Assembly (NCBI GenBank): GCA_951406725.2
Contig: OX597818.1
Span: 72,726,001-72,790,000, forward strand
DNA from: Octopus vulgaris
Lineage: Eukaryota
Direction: 5' to 3'
DNA: 64,000 nt
The translations under genes and the position numbers were made by a program. This document shows, in pieces, positions 28,180 through 40,160 of the stretch. Every line of letters starts with the position of its first letter. Within the stretch, counting starts at the first letter, position 1. The notes under the pieces were generated by a model. The model searched no databases, was not told where the DNA came from, and saw nothing but the letters and a program-made list of their open reading frames with translations.

Positions 28180-29219
28180 CTAATACAATAGCTAACGTCT
28201 TTGTGGCTTTTTTTTCTTTCCTCATGGCATTCTTTGAAGTATGGGTCTCTTTCTTTACTTTAACCTCCTTCTTGTGGAAGTTAAATTTTGAGGCATATTT
28301 TTTCTTAGCTGAACCACCCCTTTTATTAAGTCCCGCAAATTTCTGTTTGGGTGGTGAAAGCAAATTTTTTGGAGGAGTCGATGATGCAACGTCAGTCGGA
28401 GTGATAGGGTTGGCAGCGGCGGCAGCCGCCGCAGCAGCCGCGGCCACAGCAGCAGCCGCAGCGGCAGAAGAGGTATTAGTAGTAGTTGTGGTAGTAGTAG
28501 TTGATGTGGCTACATCGAACTGCGTTTCTATTTCGACATTAGCTGGCGAAGCGTAATCCTGGACGCCATCCTTTTTCAGTGAGGTCCTCTCGTTGTTTAC
28601 ATCGTTCAGCATCATGCATCCTGTATATTCTGTCATATTACTATTTTCAATAACATGGTCTTTAAGTTCACTGCTCGGGGTACTCTTTTGACCACTGTCA
28701 TCATCTAGATTATCCTCATAATCATCGTCATTTAAACCTGCATCATTACATGCTGCTGTGTTTACAAGAACTTCATCTTTGGCAGTTTTCAACCGACCTC
28801 GGCCAACGTTGTTCGAAGATTCACTGGCCTTCATATTCAATCTAGCATCATCATTATCTAACTTGCTTGTTGTTGCTTTATTTTCTATAACATTCGCTAG
28901 CGCTTCACGTTCGAGTTTTTGCTTAGCTTTTCTTTCTCTAACCTTTCGACTGCGGAGCATTAGTACTCTGTATATTCTCCAATATAGAAAAATCATCACA
29001 ATTGACGGTATATAGAATGAGCCCATGGAGGAATATATAAGAAAATCTGAGTTGAAAAATGCACAGACGAATTGTCTACGTTTGTCAGAGTAATTAACTC
29101 CTAATGCTATTGGGGCAGCAATAGCAATGGATATAAGCCATACTAGCATTATCATTATATAGACCCGTTTAGAATTCTTGTGTTTTGAGTACTTTATGGG
29201 TTGAGTGACAGCAATAAAT
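28180..29219 (-). CDS. Internal coding exon (end of DRF motif, TM4, TM5, long ICL3, start of TM6) of the D2-like dopamine receptor
   Basis: ttcag|A TTT ATT GCT gives (R)FIAVTQPIKYSKHK..VWLISIAIAAP..FLIYSSMGSFYIP (catecholamine SSxxS serines)..KEKKATKTLAIVLG|gtaagt. Canonical acceptor at 29221-29220 and donor at 28179. Long ICL3 plus short tail fits the D2/Gi type. Confidence 0.9.
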
Positions 29220-29612
29220 CTGAAATTATAAAACAGAAATAAAGATATATTACCGTTAATCTACATTCCTCTTTCTCTCTTCTCTCTCACACACAGACAC
29301 ACACAAGCACACATAGGAAGTCACACCTTAACATTTACACAGAGACACACATAAACACATATACACACATACACAGATTTGTTTATAGTGTAATAAAATA
29401 TACAAATATAGGTTAAAATCGTGTAAAGTATTTGAATGGCAATAAATTGTGTAAGTCTAGACATAATGGCATTGTGATGAAGTAAAATAAACTAGTTAAG
29501 ACTAGCAAGACGAATGAAGCACAAATATTTACGGACAAAGTACACACAAACTGAAATATATTCACATAGAATGCACACACACATACATACATACATACAC
29601 ACATACATACAT

Positions 29613-29648
<36 letters not shown>

Positions 29649-29653
<5 letters not shown>

Positions 29654-30457
29654 TTCGTGAGTTGAGTTGACCAAACACTATACGAGAGAGATTTTCTTTA
29701 AGTATTAGAAATGGTTTTTAAAAAAGTTTTTTAGCTGCTATTTCTAATGAGTTCAGTATGCGGCAAAGTAATTTATTTTACTAAGCCCTTTTATATATTG
29801 TAATAATTTGAATTCGCCTTAAATGGTCCCTTTGCATACTGAACACTTGGTGAAATTAATTAATAATTAATTAATTTTACCCTCAATTGTTGAAATTATA
29901 ATTAATCTCCCTCTAATTAATGCTTCGGATTTTACCGAAATAAGCAGAGTGTTTGTTGATTTTAACCCACGCTGGTGGAAAGGGGAGGACAGAAATTCTT
30001 CGCTTGCATGTTTGAGTTTGTTGGCACTGTTAGTTACGAGCAGATCTTCGAAGGAGATGAGAGGCCGAAAGAGTATGCTCTCACTTTCAGTGTTTTCAAA
30101 TCCAAACCATGGAGTTTCTGAGCTGATGATAGAAGTGTCTTGATGACTAATCTTGAAACGTACGTTCTCAAATAACCTTTGCATTTGATTTTTTTATGTC
30201 TTCACCCCCAAACTTTCGTGAGTTGAGTTGACCAAACACTATACGAGAGAGATTTTCTTTAAGTATTAGAAATGGTTTTTAAAAAAGTTTTTTAGCTGCT
30301 ATTTCTAATGAGTTCAGTATGCGGCAAAGTAATTTATTTTACTAAGCCCTTTCATATATTGTAATAATTTGAATTCGCCTTAAATGGTCCCTTTGCATAC
30401 TGAACACTTGGTGAAATTAATTAATAATTAATTAATTTTACCCTCAATTGTTGAAAT
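29649..30457. mobile_element. Element with two nearly identical 248-bp direct repeats (29649-29896, 30210-30457) around a 313-bp spacer, in (TA)n
   Basis: One mismatch seen between the repeats. A diverged relative lies at ~38160-38380. Confidence 0.75.
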
Positions 30458-31059
30458 ATATATATATATATACATGCATATACACATACACATGGACACA
30501 TATTTACGTACATGTATATACATATATACATACGCATATTATATATATATAAATACATAGACATAACAATGTACTAATATACGTACCCATATGCATACAC
30601 ACAGACATACGCATGCACACACTCACAAACACACACATATGAGGTTACATGATTGTGTGCAAATATATGTCTAGTATAAAAAGGTTATATAACTTTTCCT
30701 TCCCTCGGCTTCCGTGTCAAACTATGAACGATATCAATAATGAACAAAAAACGTAAACTCGCACACCCTTATGAACATATATGTGAACATATGCATTCAT
30801 ACTTCTACATATAGAAACACACACACACACATATAAACCATGAAAAGTCCGGACGTATGAGTGATTAATATATTTATTCAACCACTTGACATCCTTAGAA
30901 TTATGCCTATTTCACAGTCTTCTTCATATAGTAATAATTTCGGTGTAGTATAAAGTTATGTTTACATGTTTGGATTGCACTCCATGCTGTATGTAGACTA
31001 AGATACAACTGTATGTGTAAAAGATCAATGGAAATAAACAAAGGTCTGATCATCAGAAC

Positions 31060-31470
31060 AAAATATTTACACCGACATATATTTGTCCTCATCTTGTTTG
31101 TTCATTAACACAACGTTTCGGCTGATATACCCTCCAACATTAATCAGGTATCTTGTGGAAATTTCGAACATGGGTTCTCATTTCTAATTTAGTTTTCGAT
31201 GTTATCATTATTATTATTATTATTTAGATCACTGCCTGGATTCGAACTCGGAATCTTGGGGTTAGTAGATCGCGCTCTTTACCACTACGCCATATGCCCA
31301 GGAGGGGACTAACTCTTATTCTTGTTCCATTCTAGCAGCTTACTATATAACTACATTCACTATGGCGTAGTGGTTAACAGCTCGGGCTAATAATCCCAAG
31401 ATTCCGAGTTCGATTCCAGGCAGTGACCTGAATAATAATAATAATAATATCTGTCAAATGTAAATAATGT
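31060..31470. mobile_element. Inverted pair of tRNA-headed SINE-like units; the minus copy carries a decayed hammerhead
   Basis: A box TGGCGTAGTGG (31363-31373) and B box GAGTTCGATTCC (31406-31417) on +, mirrored at 31230-31292 on -. HHR relic at 31107-31152 (-). Confidence 0.7.
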
Positions 31471-31509
31471 ACCTCTGAACGTTTAAAATTTTTTTTAAAT
31501 ATTTTTAGC

Positions 31510-31785
31510 CACAGCAAATTTGAACTCAGAACGTAGCGATGGGTAAAATACCTATTTCTTCACTACCCACAAGGGGCTAAACAGAGAGAGGACAAAGAAG
31601 GCCAGACAAACGGATTAAGTCGATTATATCGACCCCAGTGCGTAACTGGTACTTATTTAATCGACCCCGAAAGGATAAAAGGCAAAGTCGACCTCAGCGG
31701 AATTTGAACTCAGAACGTAGCGGCAGACGAAATACTGCTATGCATTTCGCCCGGCGTGCTAACGTTTCTGCTAGTTTGCCGCCTT
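31510..31785 (-). mobile_element. SINE family 2 (CORE-like; GAGTTCAAATTCC B-box-like head)
   Basis: Related copies at ~27655-27800 (+), 35425-35700 (+), 36390-36540 (+), 37650-37800 (-), 38645-39050 (-, dimeric), 44145-44285 (+), 49420-49550 (-). Confidence 0.7.
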
Positions 31786-31786
31786 A

Positions 31787-32072
31787 CACTATTAACAATG
31801 AAGCATTCGACACCATCCTTGAAAACATTTCCCTGCTAAAAAAGAACCACAGGATGAACTTAATCTCCAAATACACACCATCATAAAAAGCAAGAGACAA
31901 CCCAAATTTAAGAAAAGTCTCCTAACACAAGCCCGAATATGCTCAACAACAACACAGAAGCCGTCAGTAAAAAAATGTGGAAGACCCAACTGTGAGATAT
32001 GCGTCAATTTAATTGAGGGATCAGAGTTCTCTTTCAAACTGGGACAACGTTTCACAGTGAAAAGCAAAAATG
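31787..32072 (+). mobile_element. PLE fragment (RT thumb/Cys linker upstream of GIY-YIG)
   Basis: Translates ..IIKSKRQP.. and SVKKCGRPNCEICVNLIEGSEFSFKLGQRFTVKS. Confidence 0.55.
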
Positions 32073-32159
32073 TAGTCAGTACTCCCAAGTTTGTCACGGT
32101 AGAGTCTAGACTTTATGTCTACCTAATTTTTTGAGATACTAGCTTGACAGTTTCGGGTG

Positions 32160-33010
32160 AGGAGACTGATCTTGTGCCGATAGAATAAATTCTTCTGTTT
32201 CGCCTTTCAAACCAGTACTCTGCAGCCGCTCATGGGTTCTTGTCATATGTACATCAGCTCGTTTGGTATATAGCCTATGCAATGGTTTTTCTTGCCAAAA
32301 TCTCAATATTTCCTTCAAGCTTTCCTGTTTGGCTTTTGTATTACACTTTTTTTATTGCCTTAATGGGTTGTGTGTCCTTATCATTATCATAATCAGGGAG
32401 GTTAATCTCTCGCCTGCATTTATATTCCTCCTTTGAAATTTAGTACATTTTCTTACCGTGATCGTGTTGTCTTACCAGCTGTATCAACTAGTCGGTGTTA
32501 TTATGGACAGCAGGTACCACCTGAGAGTTTATAGCTGAAATTCTTTCTGGGAGTTCAGCTCAGTATTCGGGACCATTTCTATCATGTCTGTAATCCTCTT
32601 CCTTGATCTTTTCTTTCATTGATCCGTGCTAAGTCCCTTTCCCTTCGTGTACCCCAAGTTACTTATAAAAGCCGTTTTAATCTAGGTCATTGATACATTT
32701 ATCATGATCAAGTTGGATGATGGAATTAACTGTCGGTTTGTCACGTTTGCACAATTTTGCCACTTTTGCACATTTGTCAAGATCAAGTTCCATATTCATG
32801 TCATCATTAAATGTTTGCTCTGTTACCAGTAGCGCTTTCATATCCTTGCTCACTTTTGCATATAATTTCAGATTATTTATTTGGAGCAAGTATGAGATGA
32901 TCTTATGAAAATTTCGAAATCGAAATTTGCTATTTTCAGCTTATAGGACAAAGTAATGAGGCAAAGTCAGAAGAGAAGAGAGAGTGAAATACCCTGGAAC
33001 ATTCCACTAT
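32160..33010 (-). mobile_element. Degenerate R4/Dong-like non-LTR RT fragment
   Basis: NNLKLYAK..TFNDDMNMELDLDKCAK, Y..LG; preceded by GIFQG-like sequence. Adjacent to (ATT)n. Confidence 0.6.
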
Positions 33011-33049
33011 CTCTGACACATACAAACCTTTCTCGTGGTTGTACTATTA

Positions 33050-33128
<79 letters not shown>

Positions 33129-33130
33129 TA

Positions 33131-33222
<92 letters not shown>

Positions 33223-33249
33223 CATTATTATTATTATTATTACTATTAT

Positions 33250-33670
33250 TGGTGAGAGAGTAGTGCATCCCATCAAAGTGACGCAAGGGTAAAATATACG
33301 AAGCCCAGTATGCCCATCATGACTACCCTTCTGATAAGTATACACCAGACACATGCCTCACAACCGTATGTGTGCGACATGGGGAACTGATATCAAGATT
33401 AACAGTGCATGACCTTGCAGGTGCGGCCCAGTTAGTGTTTTTTCAGGTCACGTAGCCAATCCTGCTGAAATGGTCCTTCAATAAGGGTTATTTAAGGATG
33501 TTAAACGAAACAACCATGTTTCCAGATGTGAATTATTGAAACTCCAAAGAATTCCGCCAAACACACAGCTATGATGCTCCCCCACTACTTCTCTTCGCGA
33601 TCAGAGATGCACACATATCATCAGCCACTAAGGGACATACTCAACTAGTTAAGGTCAAACACCTTGTTCT
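33250..33670. repeat. Interspersed repeat family following (ATT)n tracts
   Basis: Homologous to ~36645-37040, with a short inverted piece at ~45760-45805. Confidence 0.6.
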
Positions 33671-33870
33671 CGGTGACTCCTGGGTCATGTTCGTGCCATT
33701 TCCGTGCTCTGTTCAGGCCGTACTTTTTACATAGCCTCCAGAGGACATTGTTATTGTGCATCCTACTGTAGTGCATTTTGGGCCAGCTTGCTACACTCAC
33801 AATATGTGAGATTGTTTCGTTTCTGCTGTCACATCTCCTAGAAAGATAACTCTGCACCATCAGACGACAC
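33670..33870 (-). mobile_element. R4/Dong-like C-terminal zinc-knuckle fragment (another RLE-end piece at ~36262-36350)
   Basis: ETISHIVS..YSRMHNN..WRLCKKYG..KWHEHDP..TEN; the second piece reads EIVKMWHL..VIVGALGIIKK. Confidence 0.6.
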
Positions 33871-34559
33871 TAATTTGTTTTTATTATCATTATTATCGAG
33901 TTAGATAGCAGCACAGGCAATCAGAGTAATGCTCGGTTACAAATATACGGAGTCCAATATACCCAGCGTGATTACCTCTCTGTTAGAGTTACAGTAAGCA
34001 CTTGCATACGAACATCACTCAGAGCAATTTCATCACACCAACAAACAATACAGCAAGCCACGAAAGGCAGCTCAGACACTTCCAGCTACCTGACAGTTAA
34101 TCACTGAATGTGCTACTCTGGGTTAGGATGAGTCATCCAGGACGTATGTATTTAAAGTTCTGAATAGGAAATAGATGAGGATTGCATAATTTGACAACTA
34201 TTTAATATTGCCGGTTACACAGTACACAAATTTGTTATCTGTAGGTAGGAACTTGCTTACTTGTGATCTGTAGGCAGGAACCCATTTAACTGGAGTTGAA
34301 CACGTCGCTCCTGACATGACAAGCTTGCAGACACTGGTTTACCGAATTAAGTAAGCCAGTGTTAACGGAATCAGTCAACAAATGATGCTTTGCTCAGAAA
34401 AGGTCAATTAGAGTAGAAGAGATTACATTTAGTTAGGAATTAGCGATACAAATAAATTAATTAGCGGAAGACTTAGAAACTAGCGGCGAGGATGGCCTTT
34501 GAGTAATTCCTCAAAGCTAGGTTACATTGCCAGAGCTACATCGTGTTCTCTAAGACACT

Positions 34560-35200
34560 AGGAAACGAAAGCCGCTCGATAGGCCCCAATAACAGCGCTG
34601 TAACGCGGCAACAAATCCACAATTCGGACTATAGTTCACCAAACTGGGCACGTACAGATGTGTGCAGCATTTCAGCAGCACTAACTACAGCTGTTTGGGA
34701 TGAATGCCAGTCCTGAATGCAGAATGAACTTCACTTCCCACCTCGATGGTATGCCACGACTCTCGGCAAGTGGATAGGGGTTGGGATAGGGTGATGGTGG
34801 TTATATGCCAGCGCCGGAGTATTGCTGACTTTTGGATTTATGTCGAACAAGTGCTGTCAAGAGTAGGAAGGATCCAACTATTGACTGAGTCTATTGTGAA
34901 TATCTTATTGTCACCTTCCTTTGATGGGGAAGGGAAGGCAGTGTTTCTTTGTCTGGTGGCAACCGCGAAAAAAAGTTGTGTGGTGGTTAAGACTGAAAGG
35001 GCTGAACACAGGAACTTACTTCTTTGGCCAAGTCTTTATCCACTTTTTCAAGTTTCAATAGAAAAGGAAAGTGAAAGCTGAGTGGTAAGTGCTATCTCCC
35101 TCAATTTTGTTGAATGGTGAACGAATGTGGGAAGAATGGTCCAAGTGAACGGGACTCACCTAAACATACACCTGTATACGAGAAAGAGCGGGCACTAGCT
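34560..35200 (+). mobile_element. Tx1/L1-like ORF2 3' remnant
   Basis: Degenerate C-terminal region ..QRRSIADFWIYVEQVL..AKK..W.. similar to the L1/Tx1 zinc-finger tail. Confidence 0.4.
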
Positions 35201-35726
35201 CTGTCGGCTACCGTGCTTTTGTGGGGCCTCCACGAGCAGCCCTTGGACGTCATCCTCTTTTGGGAGAAATATTCGTAGTTATATTGTGACTGTTTTTTTT
35301 CTACTTTTATATGCCCTTTATGTAACCCCAAATAGTATTGTTCTATGCTGTCCCCAATGTATTTTTGTGAAACCATAATTGTTAATATAGAAAACATTAT
35401 ATACAATTATTATTGCACGTCTCGGGGGTGAGCTGCCAGAATCGTTAGCACGCTAGGAAAAGAGCTTAGCGGCATTTCGGCTGTCTTTACGTTCTAAGTT
35501 CGAAATCCACCGAGGTCGACTTTGAATTTCATCCTTTCGATGTTGATAAACTAAGTACCAGTGGAACTCTGGGATCGACCTTACTAAAGTGAAAATTCAG
35601 GTATGTGCCTACATTCTCTGTTCAAGGTCTAGTTTGCTCTCCTCATTTTGGTGCTTATAACATTAGCAGTAGTCGATATAATCGACTTCCCCTTCCACCA
35701 AATTTATATCATCATCATCATCATCA

Positions 35727-35771
<45 letters not shown>

Positions 35772-35849
35772 TTATTATTATTATTGTTGTTGTTGTTGTT
35801 ATTATTATTATTATTATTATTATCATTATTATCATCATCATTATTATCA

Positions 35850-35881
<32 letters not shown>

Positions 35882-36542
35882 CTTATCATTATCATCATCA
35901 TCATCATCATCATTATTATTATTATTATTATTATTTTTCAATTCTGTTCCATTTCTTACCGAGTGTCTTCCTGACACCGAGGGCAGAGAAACGCACTGTA
36001 TACATTGGTAGCGCATTCAAATAAACACATTAGATTGTTCATTAACTATGTCATGTGATAAAGAAAACAAGGAAGAAAGACAGAAAGAAAAAGGAGAAAA
36101 TAAGAAAATCCCCCAAAAAAGTAAAGAAAATAAAGGGGGGAAGGGGGGGAATCACAGCAACAATGCACTTTTCAATACGTGTGACGTACCAGATAAGACA
36201 ATCGTTTGCACTTCCTGCATGGATGGTAAGACAGAGATCATTCTTCAATAAATTTCAGTTCATTTTTTGATTATTCCAAGTGCTCCTACAATCACTGATA
36301 TTGTAGCCGTGTTGAGATGCCACATCTTTACGATTTCGATTAGAAAATCTTTATTATTATTATTATTTCCAAGCTGGAAAAAATGCAGAGCGATGATTCC
36401 TCTGCTTTTGCGTTCTGAGTTGAAATGCCGCCGAGGTCGACTTTCAGGAGAAATAGGTAGCAGCTCCGCATTGGTGCCGAGGTAATCGAGTACCTCCGCC
36501 TCCGAAGTTGCTGGCCTTGTGCCAAAATTTGAAACCATTATC

Positions 36543-36598
<56 letters not shown>

Positions 36599-38413
36599 GT
36601 TGTTGTTGTTGTTGTTCTTCTTCTTCTTCTTCTTGTTATTATTATTGAGTGAGAAGGCAATGTCAAAGTGACACTGCGGTAAAATATAGGAGGCCCAGTT
36701 AGAATTTTCATCTCGCTCAAAAGGTCCTTGAATAAGGGTTTTTTTAAGATGTTGAACGAAACACCCATGTTTCTAATGGTGAATTATCCAAACTCCAAAG
36801 AATTCCTTTCAGCACATGGCTATGATGTTCCCCCACTACTTCTGCTCGTAATCAGTAATGCACATATCATCAGCCACTAATGGAAATGCTCAACTGGTTA
36901 AGGTCAAACAACTGACAAGCAAATCTGTGGTATTGAGTAGAATATTTGTTTTGGCCCATCTTTTCTACCACGACAAAACAATGTACATGATAACACTTCC
37001 AATCAGTTAAGATCAGAAGCCATGAGAGCTACTGTGGTTATCATGTTTATCATGGTTATGTGTAGTAGATATCTTGTAGTCTTAACTTTAAAGGAAAAAT
37101 AGATAAGAATTTAACGAAACTGGACGATGACAGTATGGAAATTGGAAGTATTTTCACAAAACAAATTTACTTTATTGAACATTACTTTAAGAAAGCGATT
37201 ATGTTAATAGAAATCAGGAAAACAAAGTTTGGGACGACATTTTGTTGATGTAAAACATTAGCTGTTTTAACAAAGCTTCTTGTCACGCCATCTTGTCACG
37301 CCTCTTCAGGCTTTGTGCTGTTGTTTAGCAAAAAAAAAAAAAAAAACTGGAAAGGATGTTGTAAAAATAAAGTAAGGAGTTACTACTCGAAAATCAAACG
37401 CTAAGATAATATATTGTTTCTATTCCAGCTGGTATAACTCGGATTTTATTGCATTGCTAAAGAATTCATTTTACAAATCTTCGTCGTTTCAAGCAGAGAT
37501 AGTAAGATAGCAGCGGCAATTACAGGAATTATAAAACATTGAAAATAAAAACCATACCAACATTAGTAACAATAATAAAGATAATGATATGAACAAAAAC
37601 AACAATAATGAATTGAAATTTTGGTACAAGTCCAGCAGTTTCGGAGAAGAGGACACGTTGATGACATTGAACCAAGTGTTCAACTGGAAATTATTTTATC
37701 GAACACGAAACTATGAACGGCAAATCGTCCTCGCCAGAAATTGAACTCAGAACGTTAAGACGAACGAAATGCCGCTAAGAGTACTGTCAGGCGTGCTAAC
37801 TAAATTAATTATTCTTTACCCTATATCTGTAATGATTATTTTACTCCCTGATAACAAAACTGCGGATCTCTTTCTGCGGTACTATCTTGTGACGCACATG
37901 GTAAACTTGGAGGGAAATACGAATTCACTCGTCTATATAAGTTTGGATATGCTGACTACCTTGTGTTATGTTCTGATGGCGCTTGATCAGAAATGCAAAG
38001 GGTAAGTTTTCCTAGCATTTTCAAGTTTATAATTCTCAAAATATTATGTTGACAAAGGAAATGAATTTTTATAATTTTAATTCAGAAACGCGTCCATAAT
38101 TAATCGAAGACTGTTTGATTTCCTTATTTTTCTTCTTTTTACCTATGTGAGTTACAAATATTGTTATCTGTGGAGAAATATTTTGTATGAAAAAGAAATA
38201 GCGATCTTTTGGCGGCTATTTCTAAATTTTCGGTATGTGGTGAAGCAACTTGTCTCTAAACCACTTAATTATTGCTATAATTATATATAAAAAAACTTTT
38301 TGTATAAGATTTTACCGAATATGTTTTTTTTCCATACCGAAAACAACTTTGGTAAATTTATGAATTTATTAAATTAAATATTTTCTTTATCCTATATCTG
38401 TAATGATTCTATG

Positions 38414-38488
<75 letters not shown>

Positions 38489-38527
38489 ATATCTATCTAT
38501 ATATACATGTCAATCTGTCTATCCATA

Positions 38528-38559
<32 letters not shown>

Positions 38560-39098
38560 ATTCAAAATTCCATTAATTTATTATTATCTTTAAAAAAAAA
38601 CAACGATAAAGTGGCCAGCAAGCATCATCTAAATATACAAATATCTCTATTTCTTTATTGCCAACAGGGGCGCTAAACGTAGAGGGGACAAATAACATCA
38701 GAGAAAGGGATTAAGTCGATTACATCGACTCGGTGTGTAACTGGTACTTATTTAATCTACCCCGAAAGGATGAAAGGATAAGTCGACCTAGGCGGAATTT
38801 GAACTCAGAAAGTAACGACAGAGGAAATAGTTATTTCTTTACTACCCACAAGGGGCTAAACACAGACAAGACAAACAAGGACAGACAAACGGATTAAGTC
38901 GATTATATCGACCCCAGTGCGTAACTGGTGCTTATTTAATCGACCCCGAAAGGATGAAAGGCAAAGTCGACCTCAGCGGAATTTGAACTCAGAACGTAGC
39001 GGCAGACGAAATACCACTGAGCTTGCTAATGTTTCTGCCAGCTCGCCACCCTAAGTATACAGATATATCGCAGAAGGGTAAATAGTTTACGTAGAAAG

Positions 39099-39158
39099 CC
39101 TAGCTGACGAGCTTTAAGTATTAATTCGACACAGAAACCGAAATCAATTGATACTAGG
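39099..39158 (+). ncRNA. Type-I hammerhead fold, canonical core
   Basis: CCTAG-CTGACGA-GcTTT..AAAcC-GAAA-TCAATTGA-TA-CTAGG; one mismatch in stem II. Confidence 0.65.
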
Positions 39159-39254
39159 ATATCTAGCCACCGGTTTGTAGATTTACAAACTGGAAGAACC
39201 GTTTTTCTAAATGTATTTGCTACATTCCCCGCCTATGTTTACATATGGTGTGAA

Positions 39255-39805
39255 ATAAGTGGTTTTGGAGAGTTTTAGTCTTCATTCAAGTGAACAGGTA
39301 CATATTGTACCCTGGCTTTTAATATATATATTCGAATACACATACACTACCGTCGAAGGCAACATCAACGCAGCAAAGTACGTTGAGATAGTACGGGATA
39401 CCTCTTTGGTGGCGAGGAGTACGTGCTGGCCAGTCACCTGACCTGAACCCTTTTGAGAACCTCTGGAGTCGATTGGGTAGGGATTTGAATGTGCAGCAAT
39501 ACAGGAACCGACACGAGCTGTTTGGGGCACTTCTTGCTGCATGAGGGGCCATCCCTGCACAGTACCTGCAGGCACTCATAGACAGCATGCCGACCCGCGT
39601 AGCAGCTGTCATTGCTGCCAAAGGAGGAGCAACAAGATATTGACTAAATTTCACGATTAATAACAATTATGTGGTGTGCTGGGATACATTTTAATAAATT
39701 TTTGATTAAAACGAGTTCATTTCTGATAATAAGTTAATTAAATTAAGAAAATGTAAGAAAATGTAGAAATTTGAGAAGTGCTAATTAATTTCCGACGCAA
39801 GTGTA
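39255..39805 (+). mobile_element. Tc1 transposon 3' remnant
   Basis: EGNINAAKYVEI, WP..PDLNPFENLW, LIDSMPTRVAAVIAAKGGATRY*; ends ..AAGTG|TA. Confidence 0.85.
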
Positions 39806-39878
39806 TATATATATATGTCGTTATATATATATATATATATATATATATTTCATAATTTGAAACTGACTTATTGGAAGT

Positions 39879-39921
39879 CCACCTGAAGATTGTCGATCAA
39901 GACAAGAAACAATTGTAGTGG
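39879..39921 (+). ncRNA. Minimal type-I hammerhead, fully canonical core
   Basis: CCAC-CTGAAGA-TTGTC gatcaa GACAA-GAAA-CAATTG-TA-GTGG, in a ~250-bp module bracketed by (TA)n. Confidence 0.8.
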
Positions 39922-40096
39922 CGGTTTTTTTGACTATTTATTAAAATTTTATGTATTGATTAAGTCTTTCCTTGTTTGTTTTGCAAAAGAGTGGTTTTGT
40001 CTCTAATAATATTTTATAATATTTTACTATAAAATTGGATTTAATCCTAAATCTGATTTTTTCCCTGTAAATTTGGATTTATTCCCTAATATTTAT

Positions 40097-40149
<53 letters not shown>

Positions 40150-40160
40150 TATATATATAT

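Noticed and set aside
28113-29015. Plus-strand ORFs 28113-28556 and 28758-29015
   Set aside because: Antisense shadows of the receptor exon.
31362-31425. tRNA gene
   Set aside because: It has A/B boxes but no proper acceptor stem or terminator, and is part of an inverted SINE-like pair.
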